Below, piece after piece: positions 18,587 to 28,027 of a DNA stretch of 64,000 nucleotides. Within the stretch, counting starts at the first letter, position 1; the number at the start of each line of letters is the position of its first letter. The translations under genes and the position numbers were made by a program. The stretch is from Parcubacteria group bacterium (GTDB lineage: Bacteria; Patescibacteriota; Minisyncoccia; Phycocordibacterales; CSBR16-119), in NCBI GenBank assembly GCA_943356745.1, contig CALRFT010000002.1, positions 7,124-71,123 on the forward strand, in the 5' to 3' direction. Under the pieces are notes generated by a model. That model saw nothing but the letters and a program-made list of their open reading frames with translations. It was not told where the DNA came from and searched no databases.

Positions 18587-18671
18587 TTGTGACTTTCCAG
18601 AAATTTTGTTATTTTCAGGTTTTTGAAAACCTGATGTCCGCTTATCATCTTTCTGGTTAGACGATAGGGCC
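18587..18671 (-). pseudogene. Degenerate tandem copy of tRNA-Glu
   Basis: Two 16-nt blocks identical to the tRNA (GGCCCTATCGTCTAAC and GGACATCAGGTTTTCA); altered D-loop, T-arm lost. Confidence 0.65.
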
Positions 18672-18816
18672 TTAAAAATCAATCCAAGATTGACGAAAAA
18701 TAGTATAGCATATTTTATAGGCTTTGCAAGATAAAAATACTTTAGTTTTTCCATTAATTCACTAGAAAAACAAAGACTAGTCAATACTAGCTGTTTTTGC
18801 TACAATCGTCCCGTAT

Positions 18817-19998
18817 ATGAAAATCCTCGCAATAGAAACAAGCTGTGATGAAACAGCACTTTCGATACTGGAAATAGAGGGCGACAAACAATCGCCCGTC
18901 TTTCGTATTCTTGCAGATGAAACACACAGCCAGATTGCTCTTCATGCGGAATTTGGAGGTGTCTTCCCCACTCTTGCAAAACGAGAACATGCAAAAAATA
19001 TTCCAGTGATTCTCGAAAAGGTTTTGAAAGATGCAAAGCTTTTTGAATCAGGAGAAACAGAATTTGATACTGAAAAAATGAATAGTATCCTTGAAAGAGA
19101 ACCAGAACTTCTTGCAACAATTTCTTCTTTTTTGAGAAATACAAAGAAACCAGAGATTGATCATATTGTAGTTACAAGCGGACCTGGTCTTGAGCCGACA
19201 CTTTGGATTGGAATCATGTTTGCGCGAGCTCTTTCGCTTGCTTGGAATATTAGAGTGACGCCAGTAAACCACATGGAAGGTCATCTTCTTTCTGTTTTGA
19301 TTGATAGTACTCAAGAAGAAGACAAAACAATCAATCTTACAGAAATTCAATTTCCCGTACTTGGAGTTCTTATTTCTGGAGGACATACAGAGTTTGTAGT
19401 GATTGAAAAGATTGGATCATATAAAAAGATTGGACAAACTGTCGATGATGCGGTCGGAGAAGCATTTGACAAGGTTGCGAGAATTCTCGATCTTCCCTAT
19501 CCAGGTGGACCAAAAATTTCAAAACTCGCACTCGAAGGAAAAAAAAATGAACTGGTAAAACTTCCCCGCCCTATGATTGCAACTCCAGACTACAATCTTT
19601 CTTTTTCAGGACTCAAAACAGCAGTGCTTTATCTTTCAAAAAAATTACAAGAACAAAATTTGTGGAATGAAGAAACAAAGCAAGATATTGCAAGAGAATT
19701 TGAACACGCTTGTGCTGAGGTTTTGACAAGCAAAGCAAAGAAAGCTATCAAAGAGTTTGATATTCAAAGTCTTGTGATTGGTGGTGGCGTAGCAGCAAAT
19801 ACCCACATTCGAAATGAATTTTCAAAACTTGGAATTCCACTTCTTCTTCCAAAACATAAACTTGCAACAGACAACTCAATCATGATTGCAATTGCTGGAT
19901 ATTTTGAAATCTCACAAGGTAAAGAATCATATTTGTACGGCACAGAAAAAACACCAGACGAAATAAAGGCAAATGGAAATTGGAGTGTGGATGCATAA
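18817..19998 (+). CDS. tsaD: tRNA N6-adenosine threonylcarbamoyltransferase TsaD
   Basis: AIETSCDET, HMEGH, SGGHT, DDAVGEAFDK, SFSGLKT, TDNSIMIA. Confidence 0.97.
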   Translation: MKILAIETSCDETALSILEIEGDKQSPVFRILADETHSQIALHAEFGGVFPTLAKREHAKNIPVILEKVLKDAKLFESGETEFDTEKMNSILEREPELLATISSFLRNTKKPEIDHIVVTSGPGLEPTLWIGIMFARALSLAWNIRVTPVNHMEGHLLSVLIDSTQEEDKTINLTEIQFPVLGVLISGGHTEFVVIEKIGSYKKIGQTVDDAVGEAFDKVARILDLPYPGGPKISKLALEGKKNELVKLPRPMIATPDYNLSFSGLKTAVLYLSKKLQEQNLWNEETKQDIAREFEHACAEVLTSKAKKAIKEFDIQSLVIGGGVAANTHIRNEFSKLGIPLLLPKHKLATDNSIMIAIAGYFEISQGKESYLYGTEKTPDEIKANGNWSVDA

Positions 19999-20000
19999 AT

Positions 20001-20035
20001 AAAAAAGGCCCGAAGCGAAGCTTCGGGCCTTTTTG
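20001..20035. terminator. Bidirectional intrinsic terminator between convergent genes
   Basis: AAAAAAGGCCCGAAGC-GAA-GCTTCGGGCCTTTTT. Confidence 0.8.
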
Positions 20036-20038
20036 CTT

Positions 20039-21016
20039 TTAATGAACAATAGAATGAGCAAGAATCTTAGGCGCTTCTGTTGACTGATAAATAGTCACAG
20101 CTTTTTCCGATACAATCATCTCAAAAGATGGGTCGTTTTTGCACAAAATTCGAAAAGGAATTTGGTATTTCTGATACATCTTAACAGCGGCCACATGAAT
20201 ATATGGCTGTTGCCCTTCAAACTGCGTCGAGAGAAACTCTTTGTACGAAACAGTTCTTTTTCCTTTTACAAAACCCTTAATACCTTCGAATGGTTTCTCC
20301 TTGTAATAAGTAGAACTGGGATAAATACCAGATTTAAACAATTCACAAGCTGCAATCGCAGCTGTTGTGTCCGAACCATTTCTGCCAAGATTTTGATGTT
20401 TAGCAGCAATGTACCCTTCCATAATAACTCGACTACCTCGAAAGCGATCAATTCGACCTCTCATTTTTTCACTCGTAAGACTTTCTTCAAGTCGTCCTTC
20501 ACTATCAACAAAGATAGATGTTGCTGAATTAAGGTGGTGAAAAATTCTAGATGAGTCAGCGTTTTGATTGAGATACTGTCCCACGATTTCGCGAGAAACA
20601 ATTTCTCCAAAAGAAGTAAGTCCATTTACAAATTCTTGATCAGAAAGATCTGAAAGAAATCCATCTTTCTTTTTCATAAAGAAATCATGAGATCGAGCAA
20701 AAGAAGAAATTTTTGAAGTATTCAATTCAAGTTCACCACAAATGCTTCTGTGAGGGTTGATAAACTCTTTTTCGAAAAGATTCTCGGACTCTATCCAACT
20801 TCTTGTAAGTGCAATATGTGCAATCTCTTCAAGTTTTGAGGTAACGCCAGACATAGCACTTACAACTAAAAAATGAACATCATTCTCCTCAATAACTTTC
20901 TTGAGGTGTTTGATATCATGAGAACATGAAAGACTTGCTCCACCATATTTCATAATGGGTAGAGTTTGATCATTTCTAAATACTTTCCAGGGTTTTTCTT
21001 GATACTCTTTAAACAT
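20039..21016 (-). CDS. Aspartate kinase-like amino-acid kinase domain protein (no ACT domain)
   Basis: MKYGGAS, VVSAMSGVT, SFGE, LGRNGSDTTAA. Confidence 0.7.
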   Translation of the reverse strand: MFKEYQEKPWKVFRNDQTLPIMKYGGASLSCSHDIKHLKKVIEENDVHFLVVSAMSGVTSKLEEIAHIALTRSWIESENLFEKEFINPHRSICGELELNTSKISSFARSHDFFMKKKDGFLSDLSDQEFVNGLTSFGEIVSREIVGQYLNQNADSSRIFHHLNSATSIFVDSEGRLEESLTSEKMRGRIDRFRGSRVIMEGYIAAKHQNLGRNGSDTTAAIAACELFKSGIYPSSTYYKEKPFEGIKGFVKGKRTVSYKEFLSTQFEGQQPYIHVAAVKMYQKYQIPFRILCKNDPSFEMIVSEKAVTIYQSTEAPKILAHSIVH

Positions 21017-21138
21017 AAAAAGAACTTTTTTAGGGTGTTTATATAATTTGTATTGTATTTCAAATCAATACTACATTATTTTTCAGTAGTGTCAACTACA
21101 TTGAAAAAAGCTCAAAAATAAGGTATTGTGGAGAAGTT

Positions 21139-23301
21139 ATGGCAATAGATGAAAAATTTTTAAGCGGATACGAACCGCACAAATATGAGGGTGATATCTA
21201 CAAGACTTGGGAAGAGTCAGGATTTTTCAATCCTGATGTTTGTATTGAAAAAGGTGTCGTCTCAGAAGATGCTGAAAAATTTTCTATTGTTCTTCCCCCA
21301 CCAAACGTGACAGGGACACTTCACACAGGACATGCTTCAATGCTTGCAATCCAAGACACGATGGTACGTTTTGCTCGTATGAAAGGATTCAAAACTCTTT
21401 GGCTTCCTGGAACAGACCACGCGGCAATTGCAACTCAATCAAAAGTTGAAAAACTTTTGGAAAAAGATGGGATTCGAAAACATGATCTAGGTCGAGAGGA
21501 ATTCTTGAAACGAGTTGAACAATTTGCACAAGATTCTCACGATACTATTGTTTCGCAGTGTCGAGCAATGGGATCTTCACTCGACTGGTCACGAGAAGCG
21601 TACACACTCGACAAAACACGCCACAAGGCTGTATTTCTTGCATTTAAAAAAATGTATGAGGATGGACTCATCTACCGAAAACACCGAATCGTAAACTGGG
21701 ATCCAAAAGGACAAACAACAATCTCAGATGATGAAGTGGTGCGAGAAGATAGAAAAGGAATGATGTATACATTTAAATACTCTCACGATTTCCCGTTCCC
21801 TATCGCAACAACTCGTCCAGAAACAAAACTTGGTGATACAGCTGTTGCTGTGCATCCAGAAGATTCACGATACAAGGACTATATCGGAAAAGAATATTCT
21901 TTTAATTTTGCAGGTGAAGATGTAACAGTTCGAATTGTTGCTGATGAAGCTGTGGATCCAGAATTTGGCGTGGGAGCACTTGGAGTAACTCCAGCACACA
22001 GTCAAACAGACTGGGAAATAGCAGAGCGTCACAATCTTCCTGTAAAACAAGTTATCAACGAATACGGAAAAATGATGGTTGGAATGGAAGGTGTTCGCGA
22101 TGTGAAAGTTGAGCAAGCTCGAAAAGCTGTTGTGGAATGGCTTCGAAGTGAAGGACTTTTGATGGAAGAAAAAGAAATCGACCAAAGTGTGGGGACAGCA
22201 GAGCGGACAGGAGCAGTTATCGAACCACTTCCAAAAATGCAATGGTGGATTGATGTAAACAAGCCAATCAAAGACGGAAAATCTTTGAAAAACCTCATGC
22301 TCGATGTTGTGCGAGATGGAAACATAGAAATTCTTCCAGAGCGATTTGAAAAAGTATATTTCCACTGGATTGAAAACTTGCGAGATTGGAATATTTCACG
22401 ACAAATTTGGTATGGTCACAGAATCCCAGCTTGGTACAAAGAAGGAGAAACACAAATCTCAATAACTTCACCGGGTGGAAATTGGATTCAAGATGAGGAC
22501 ACACTCGATACATGGTTTTCTTCAGGACTTTGGACCTTCTCTACCCTTCTTGATCCTGAAAAATATGAAGAAGATTTCAAAGTATGGCTTAAAAATTCAC
22601 GAGATGGAATCTATCACCCAACAACTGTTCTTGAAACTGGATATGACATTATTTTCTTCTGGGTAGCTCGAATGATTCTCATGACAACCTACCTAACAGA
22701 TGAAATTCCTTTCAAGACAGTATATCTTCACGGACTTGTGCGAGATAAACAAGGACGAAAGATGTCAAAATCTCTGGGAAATATTATTGACCCAGTAGAT
22801 GTCATCAAAGATTCTGGAGCAGACGCACTTCGAATGGCGCTGATAGTTGGAATCGGACCTGGTGCTGACAACAACCTTTCAGATGACAAAATCAAAGCAT
22901 ATAGAAAGTTTGCAAACAAAATCTGGAATGCATCTCGGTTTGTTTTGGAAAATATCGAAGGAACAAATCTTTCAGATATTCCAGAACTGCAAGACTCTCA
23001 CAAAGCATACATTGAAGAATGGAAGACTCTTGTACAAGAAATCACAAAAGAAATGGAGGAATACAAGTTGTATCTTGTAGGAGAAAAACTGTATCATTTC
23101 TTCTGGCACCGATTTGCTGATGTTGTAATTGAAGAATGTAAAAAAGATTTGAATGAATCTTCCAAATACACACTTCTATTTCTTCTTACAGAGCAACTCA
23201 AAGCACTTCATCCTTTCATGCCGTTTATTACTGAAGAAATTTGGAAATCTCTTGAAAATAAAGATTCTGAACTTCTCATGGTTTCAAAATGGCCAAACTA
23301 A
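21139..23301 (+). CDS. valS: Valine--tRNA ligase (short, no C-terminal coiled coil)
   Basis: PPPNVTGTLHTGH, DWNISRQ, LDTWFSS, KMSKS. Confidence 0.97.
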   Translation: MAIDEKFLSGYEPHKYEGDIYKTWEESGFFNPDVCIEKGVVSEDAEKFSIVLPPPNVTGTLHTGHASMLAIQDTMVRFARMKGFKTLWLPGTDHAAIATQSKVEKLLEKDGIRKHDLGREEFLKRVEQFAQDSHDTIVSQCRAMGSSLDWSREAYTLDKTRHKAVFLAFKKMYEDGLIYRKHRIVNWDPKGQTTISDDEVVREDRKGMMYTFKYSHDFPFPIATTRPETKLGDTAVAVHPEDSRYKDYIGKEYSFNFAGEDVTVRIVADEAVDPEFGVGALGVTPAHSQTDWEIAERHNLPVKQVINEYGKMMVGMEGVRDVKVEQARKAVVEWLRSEGLLMEEKEIDQSVGTAERTGAVIEPLPKMQWWIDVNKPIKDGKSLKNLMLDVVRDGNIEILPERFEKVYFHWIENLRDWNISRQIWYGHRIPAWYKEGETQISITSPGGNWIQDEDTLDTWFSSGLWTFSTLLDPEKYEEDFKVWLKNSRDGIYHPTTVLETGYDIIFFWVARMILMTTYLTDEIPFKTVYLHGLVRDKQGRKMSKSLGNIIDPVDVIKDSGADALRMALIVGIGPGADNNLSDDKIKAYRKFANKIWNASRFVLENIEGTNLSDIPELQDSHKAYIEEWKTLVQEITKEMEEYKLYLVGEKLYHFFWHRFADVVIEECKKDLNESSKYTLLFLLTEQLKALHPFMPFITEEIWKSLENKDSELLMVSKWPN

Positions 23302-23342
23302 TATAAAAAATCCCCAAACATGGGGGTTTTTTATTGTGGCCA

Positions 23343-23415
23343 TGTATCAAGTGTATATTATGTCGCCAGCGGGTGGGTTTGGCTGGGGCGCAAGACAGAA
23401 TATACACTTGATACA
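23343..23415. repeat. Miniature inverted-repeat element
   Basis: Perfect 17-bp IR TGTATCAAGTGTATATT / AATATACACTTGATACA around a GC-rich core. Confidence 0.7.
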
Positions 23416-23465
23416 AATACAAACTTTCAACAAAAGAAAAATAAACTTTCTGATACAATAAACCT

Positions 23466-24179
23466 ATGCAGAATTTTGATTATCAAACGATTGGAATAGC
23501 ACTTCTCGGTGGACTCATTCCTGCTTTCATATGGCTTTGGTTTTGGCTCAAAGAAGATAGCGCCAACCCAGAACCAAAAGGACTTCTTCTTCTCACATTC
23601 ATTGGTGGAATACTTTCTGTTTTTGCTGTTTTGCCACTCCAAAGACTTACAGAAGGTCTCCTCCCTGACGGAACCACTAGAATGGTAGTGTGGGCTGGAA
23701 TAGAAGAAGTTGTAAAATATCTTTTTGTGGCAATGATTGCTCTTCGTTCACGTCACTGTGACGAACCAGTAGACTTTGCGATTTACATGATCACAGGCGC
23801 TCTTGGTTTTGCAGCGCTCGAAAATGCCCTCTTCCTTCTTGATCCTGTGAGTCTACAAGATTCAGTTGTAAGTTTACTCACAGGAAATCTACGGTTTATT
23901 GGTTCAATGCTTCTTCATGCAGTTGCTTCAGGTGTTATCGGTATGGCGATGGGTTTTGCGTATTACAAAAATTTTGCAAGACGAGAATTTGCATTATTCA
24001 CAGGAATAGTACTCTCCATCGCATTGCACAGCGCTTTCAATTACTTTATAATTAACAGTAGTCAAAATGTATTTTCGGTATTCACACTACTCTGGATTGT
24101 GACAATTGTATTTATATTCTTATTCGAATTATTAAGAAGATTAAGTGGTCGAAATTATAGACCAAGATTTGAACACTAA
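23466..24179 (+). CDS. PrsW-family intramembrane metalloprotease
   Basis: EEVVK, GFAALEN, HAVASG, LHSAFN. Confidence 0.9.
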   Translation: MQNFDYQTIGIALLGGLIPAFIWLWFWLKEDSANPEPKGLLLLTFIGGILSVFAVLPLQRLTEGLLPDGTTRMVVWAGIEEVVKYLFVAMIALRSRHCDEPVDFAIYMITGALGFAALENALFLLDPVSLQDSVVSLLTGNLRFIGSMLLHAVASGVIGMAMGFAYYKNFARREFALFTGIVLSIALHSAFNYFIINSSQNVFSVFTLLWIVTIVFIFLFELLRRLSGRNYRPRFEH

Positions 24180-24181
24180 TT

Positions 24182-24703
24182 ATGTTTAAAAGAAAAAAAT
24201 CACTATTGAGTAGAATAACAGGACGTCTTCGAATGGATGATGACGTGTATGAAGATGACGATATCCAAGACGAGGACGACATCGACACAATCGTAGACAC
24301 AAATCGGTCTATCCGAATTACACCAAATGATGGAGGTGGAAACGATTCACCAGCATGGGCAGATGAAGAAGAATCCGCAGAACTTTCACTTGATTTGTTC
24401 GATAATGGAAAAGAAATTATTGTTCAAACTATGGTTGCAGGAGTTCGTCCGGAAGATTTATCTATCGACATAAGACGCGACTCAATCACAATCGAAGGAA
24501 GCCGAAAAGAAGCTCACACGACAAAAGAAAATAACTATGTTGTACGTGAACTCTACTGGGGATCATTTTCAAGAACAATGGATCTCCCAGAAGAAGTTGA
24601 TCCAGATCTTGCAGAGGCAACAGAAAAACATGGACTTCTTGTGATCCGCCTTCCAAAAATCGATAAAGGAAAGCAAAAGAAAGTTAAGGTTAAATCGATA
24701 TAA
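24182..24703 (+). CDS. Hsp20/alpha-crystallin family small heat-shock protein
   Basis: ELYWGSFSRTMDLP, HGLLVIRLPK. Confidence 0.92.
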   Translation: MFKRKKSLLSRITGRLRMDDDVYEDDDIQDEDDIDTIVDTNRSIRITPNDGGGNDSPAWADEEESAELSLDLFDNGKEIIVQTMVAGVRPEDLSIDIRRDSITIEGSRKEAHTTKENNYVVRELYWGSFSRTMDLPEEVDPDLAEATEKHGLLVIRLPKIDKGKQKKVKVKSI

Positions 24704-25288
24704 AAAAGAAAAAGCACGGAATTTTCTCCGTGCTTTTTTACCCTAATTTTGCAACAAATTGATTTCAAAGAAAAGATAGTCGTCTTTATAAAACAGTGAA
24801 GCATACCCTCCCCAAATTTTATTTATGGCTTCAATCTTTTTTGCGACAGATTCTTTTCGTTTTATACCTGTCATATCTTCAAGACTAGGGATAAAAAGTT
24901 GTGTCTCAATGATACCAGAATTCATTCCGCTGAAACAAGCATCATTGATAAGTCTTTCCAAAAGACTTATCTTTCTACCATCTTCAGGGAAATTAGGGTC
25001 TGAAGAGTGCCAATGCTTATGTTTTAGAATTTTCTTTTGTGAAGGAGTTAGGTCTTCAAGTAAGCGCTCCATAGCGATTCCGTAGACAGCTTTTCGAAGT
25101 TTGTTATGAAGATTTGCACTTCCTTGAAAATACTGAAACATTCTTGATTGAGTAAGCAACACAGTTAGTCGTTCCATGATTATATAATTTTGATTTGTAT
25201 ATGTTTTACTATAAAACACGCTGAAAAACAAGGCAGTTGAAAATCGAGATAAAAAGAAAAAGCACGGAGAATTCTCCGTGCTTTTTTA
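24692..25288. repeat. About 48-bp imperfect direct repeat (24692-24740 and 25241-25288) containing a terminator
   Basis: AAATCGA.ATAAAAA(A)GAAAAAGCACGGA...TCTCCGTGCTTTTTTA occurs twice. Confidence 0.8.
24743..25177 (-). CDS. Hypothetical protein
   Basis: 144-aa ORF from ATG 25177 ending at the terminator. Confidence 0.55.
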   Translation of the reverse strand: MERLTVLLTQSRMFQYFQGSANLHNKLRKAVYGIAMERLLEDLTPSQKKILKHKHWHSSDPNFPEDGRKISLLERLINDACFSGMNSGIIETQLFIPSLEDMTGIKRKESVAKKIEAINKIWGGYASLFYKDDYLFFEINLLQN

Positions 25289-25740
25289 AGTAAAGGACAA
25301 ACTACCCGCTTTAGCAGTATTTACACATGTTGAGTATTCTCTTTCCGCAAGTCTGGAAAGTTCCCGTAAGCTTGTTTCTGGCTTTGTAAAAATTTTCAGA
25401 TAAACCAACAATGATAATATTTTTGAAAATTTTAACTCCTCTAACTCTGAAAAGTCTTTTATAACCCACTCATGACCATTGTCAGGCATTGGAACATATT
25501 TTTGAACCAAGTAAACAAAAGGGCTAGAATTTAAATGTAACATTAAATGGACCTCATAATAACCAGAACTATCACCACCGTCGCCAAAAGCATGACCTAT
25601 CTCAATCAGACCATCACTCTCTGCAACGTGGCTGATTTTTAAAAAAAATCATTATTCTTAAAAAATTCATTTTTAATAAAACCATTCTTTTCCAAAAGAA
25701 TTTTTATCTCCTCACTTCTTTTCATATTTTCTTCAAACAT
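25286..25740 (-). pseudogene. Hypothetical gene interrupted by a frameshift in a T8 run
   Basis: Upstream frame MFEENMKR...NDFF* joins downstream frame LKISHVAESDG...SLSFT* if one T is added at 25641-25648. Confidence 0.55.
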
Positions 25741-25741
25741 G

Positions 25742-25813
25742 TGTCTTCGGCGGGAATCGAACCTGCAATAACTCCTTAGGACGGAGCAGTTATATCCATT
25801 TAACTACGAAGAC
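25742..25813 (-). tRNA. tRNA-Arg (CCT)
   Basis: GTCTTCG/CGAAGAC acceptor, GCTCC-GTCCTAA-GGAGT anticodon arm, GTTCGATT T-loop. Confidence 0.9.
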
Positions 25814-25865
25814 TTTATTCTGTGGAAAGGTATTTCCACTTTTGCATTGTATAATAGAGTTTGTA

Positions 25866-26711
25866 ATGCACGCAAGACGCACAAAGAAAAAAGAAAAAAT
25901 TGCACTCATCCTTGCTGGAGGTGGAATGACTACAAGTTATATCGTAGGTTCTTTACTTGCACTCAAGAAAAAATATAAGATGACTCCTGATATTATCATT
26001 GCAGGATCTGGAAGTGCTGGAACTGCGAGTTTTTTTGTTTCAGAGCAATTCAACACTGGAATCAAAAAAGTCTGGCTGAAAGAAATCCTCAATCCAAAAT
26101 TTATATCAGGAAAAGGTTTCTTCAAAAAAATTGATATTGATTTTCTCATTGATGAAATCTTTCGTAAAAAAACAAAACTCAATACAGAAAAAATCCACGC
26201 ATCTTCTACGACTCTCGTAATTCCAATGGTTGATGCAAAATCTGGGAAACTTAAGTATTTTACAAATCATGACAAAGTAGATTGGTTTGAAGTACTTCGC
26301 GCAGCAAAAGCTATACCAATTTTTTACAACAAAGATGTCAAAATTGGAACGAGAACATATCATGACTCACATCTTTCGGCTTCTCCAGAAACACATACAA
26401 AACTTGCTCGAAAAATCGGCGCTACAAAGATAATAAGTATTCACTGTTCTGACATAGCACTTCGTCTTGAAACAGACCTTATTGAATCAGTTTGGTTTTG
26501 GATGAAAAAAGATAGAGCATTCAGAAAAAATTATTACAAAATAAATCAGATTCAAGAAAGTATTGGAGATGACACATTTTTAATTTTCCCCTCACGAAAA
26601 CCTTTTGCAAATCTTCTAGATACAAAATATGACGATATTGTCGACACTATCGAGCTGGGTTACAATGACATTATTACAAACAAACCTCTTGAGAGGTTTA
26701 TAAAAAATTAA
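25866..26711 (+). CDS. Patatin-like phospholipase family protein
   Basis: LILAGGG, GSGSAG nucleophile elbow, AKAIP, DSH in place of DGG. Confidence 0.8.
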   Translation: MHARRTKKKEKIALILAGGGMTTSYIVGSLLALKKKYKMTPDIIIAGSGSAGTASFFVSEQFNTGIKKVWLKEILNPKFISGKGFFKKIDIDFLIDEIFRKKTKLNTEKIHASSTTLVIPMVDAKSGKLKYFTNHDKVDWFEVLRAAKAIPIFYNKDVKIGTRTYHDSHLSASPETHTKLARKIGATKIISIHCSDIALRLETDLIESVWFWMKKDRAFRKNYYKINQIQESIGDDTFLIFPSRKPFANLLDTKYDDIVDTIELGYNDIITNKPLERFIKN

Positions 26712-26717
26712 TACGAT

Positions 26718-26990
26718 ATGGAACACGACGATTCTCTACTTCGAGAAATACATAAACTTGCAAAGGAAAACAATACCATGCTTCATAGACTTGATCGAGA
26801 AGCAAAACGAGCACGTTTTTGGAAAACACTGCGACTTATAGTAATGGCGGGACTTTTGTTTGGTGCATACTACCTCATTCAACCTTTCATTGAAAATCTT
26901 ACAAGTGCATATGCTTCAATCCAAGAAAGCTTTGCCCAATTACAAGAAACAAAAGATTCTTTGTCAAACTTTGGGAATTCCCTTCGATAG
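26718..26990 (+). CDS. Small single-TM hypothetical protein
   Basis: ENNTMLHRL...RFW + TM helix. Confidence 0.7.
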   Translation: MEHDDSLLREIHKLAKENNTMLHRLDREAKRARFWKTLRLIVMAGLLFGAYYLIQPFIENLTSAYASIQESFAQLQETKDSLSNFGNSLR

Positions 26991-27030
26991 CTTGAAAAAA
27001 ACAACCTAATAGGTTATTATATTATCTGTT

Positions 27031-27104
27031 GCTCGGGTAGCTCAGATGGTTAGAGCATTCGCCTGAAGAGCGAAGGGTCGGCAGTTCGAGTCTGCCCCCG
27101 AGCA
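27031..27104 (+). tRNA. tRNA-Phe (GAA)
   Basis: GCTCGGG/CCCGAGC acceptor, TTCGC-CTGAAGA-GCGAA arm, GTTCGAGT T-loop. Confidence 0.95.
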
Positions 27105-27155
27105 CAGAATAAACCATAAAGAAAAACCGCTGAAAGGCGGTTTTTCTTTATGGTT

Positions 27156-27398
27156 TTACATTCCAATCATTTCTCGGACTTTTGCCTCGCTAAATCCAAT
27201 GAGGATTTCATCACCTATTTTTATAACCGGAACTCCCATTTGACCTGTGATTTCAATCATCTCTTGTCGCTTTTCTGCGTCTTCTGCAACGTTAAAATCT
27301 TTATAGGCAACCCCATTATTTTGGAAAAAGGCCTTTGCCATTTGGCAGTAGTGACATGCTGAGGTGCTGTAAATAGTTACTTCTTTTTGATTATCCAT
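27156..27398 (-). CDS. Glutaredoxin/NrdH-like redoxin
   Basis: CHYC, GQMGVPVI, IGF. Confidence 0.9.
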   Translation of the reverse strand: MDNQKEVTIYSTSACHYCQMAKAFFQNNGVAYKDFNVAEDAEKRQEMIEITGQMGVPVIKIGDEILIGFSEAKVREMIGM

Positions 27399-27442
27399 AA
27401 TTTAGAAATATATTTATTGAGTAATAAAAGTATTATATCAAA

Positions 27443-27799
27443 TTAATTCCCTTCTTCATCTTGACCAGTTTCATCTTCCCTTGGCTCATTGTCCTTATTT
27501 TGATGATTTACAATAACCACCACTTTTTCTCCTGGTTTTGAAACCCCAAAGTTTTCTCGAACATACCTCTCAAAACCAAAATCATTTTCAAAATTAGTTA
27601 AAAGATTTTCAATATCCTGACCTCTTTCATATAGTTTTTCATACTCATATTTCATATCCTGCAAATCTTGTTTTGAAACTTGGATGTTTTTCGCAGCTCC
27701 AAAAAGACTTTTAAGGAACAGAATAATAAGCCCAGCTAGAACTATGAGGATTATCCAATTTCTTGTATTACTTTCACTTCGTTTTGTGTGCTTGTTCAT
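27443..27799 (-). CDS. Septum formation initiator (FtsB/DivIC-like)
   Basis: TM + coiled coil + ERYVRENFGVSKPGEKV. Confidence 0.8.
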   Translation of the reverse strand: MNKHTKRSESNTRNWIILIVLAGLIILFLKSLFGAAKNIQVSKQDLQDMKYEYEKLYERGQDIENLLTNFENDFGFERYVRENFGVSKPGEKVVVIVNHQNKDNEPREDETGQDEEGN

Positions 27800-27821
27800 T
27801 TTTTGGTATGATATGGCTTAT

Positions 27822-27929
27822 ATGATGAATAAAAAGAAAAAAGGGAGAAAAATACTGGCTTCTGTTATTGTTATTATTGTAATAATTCTGATGTTGGTAC
27901 TGTATAGTGCTCCAACACTATTTTACTAG
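27822..27929 (+). CDS. Very small single-TM protein
   Basis: Basic N-terminus + hydrophobic helix, followed by a terminator. Confidence 0.45.
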   Translation: MMNKKKKGRKILASVIVIIVIILMLVLYSAPTLFY

Positions 27930-28027
27930 AAAAATCAAAAATCCCCCACTTTTTGTGGGGGATTTTTGATTTCGATTTGACTTAGAATGAGTTTCCGTTA
28001 CAATATGGCCGAAACCCTATATAAAAA

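Noticed and set aside
18507-18671. Intron-containing or split tRNA-Glu
   Set aside because: 18507-18578 is already a complete cloverleaf. The upstream copy lacks a T-arm and shows no group I intron features.
21139-23301. valS or proS (60762-61997) as truncated pseudogenes
   Set aside because: All catalytic motifs are intact and the frames end cleanly. Short forms without the coiled-coil or editing insert are expected in reduced genomes.
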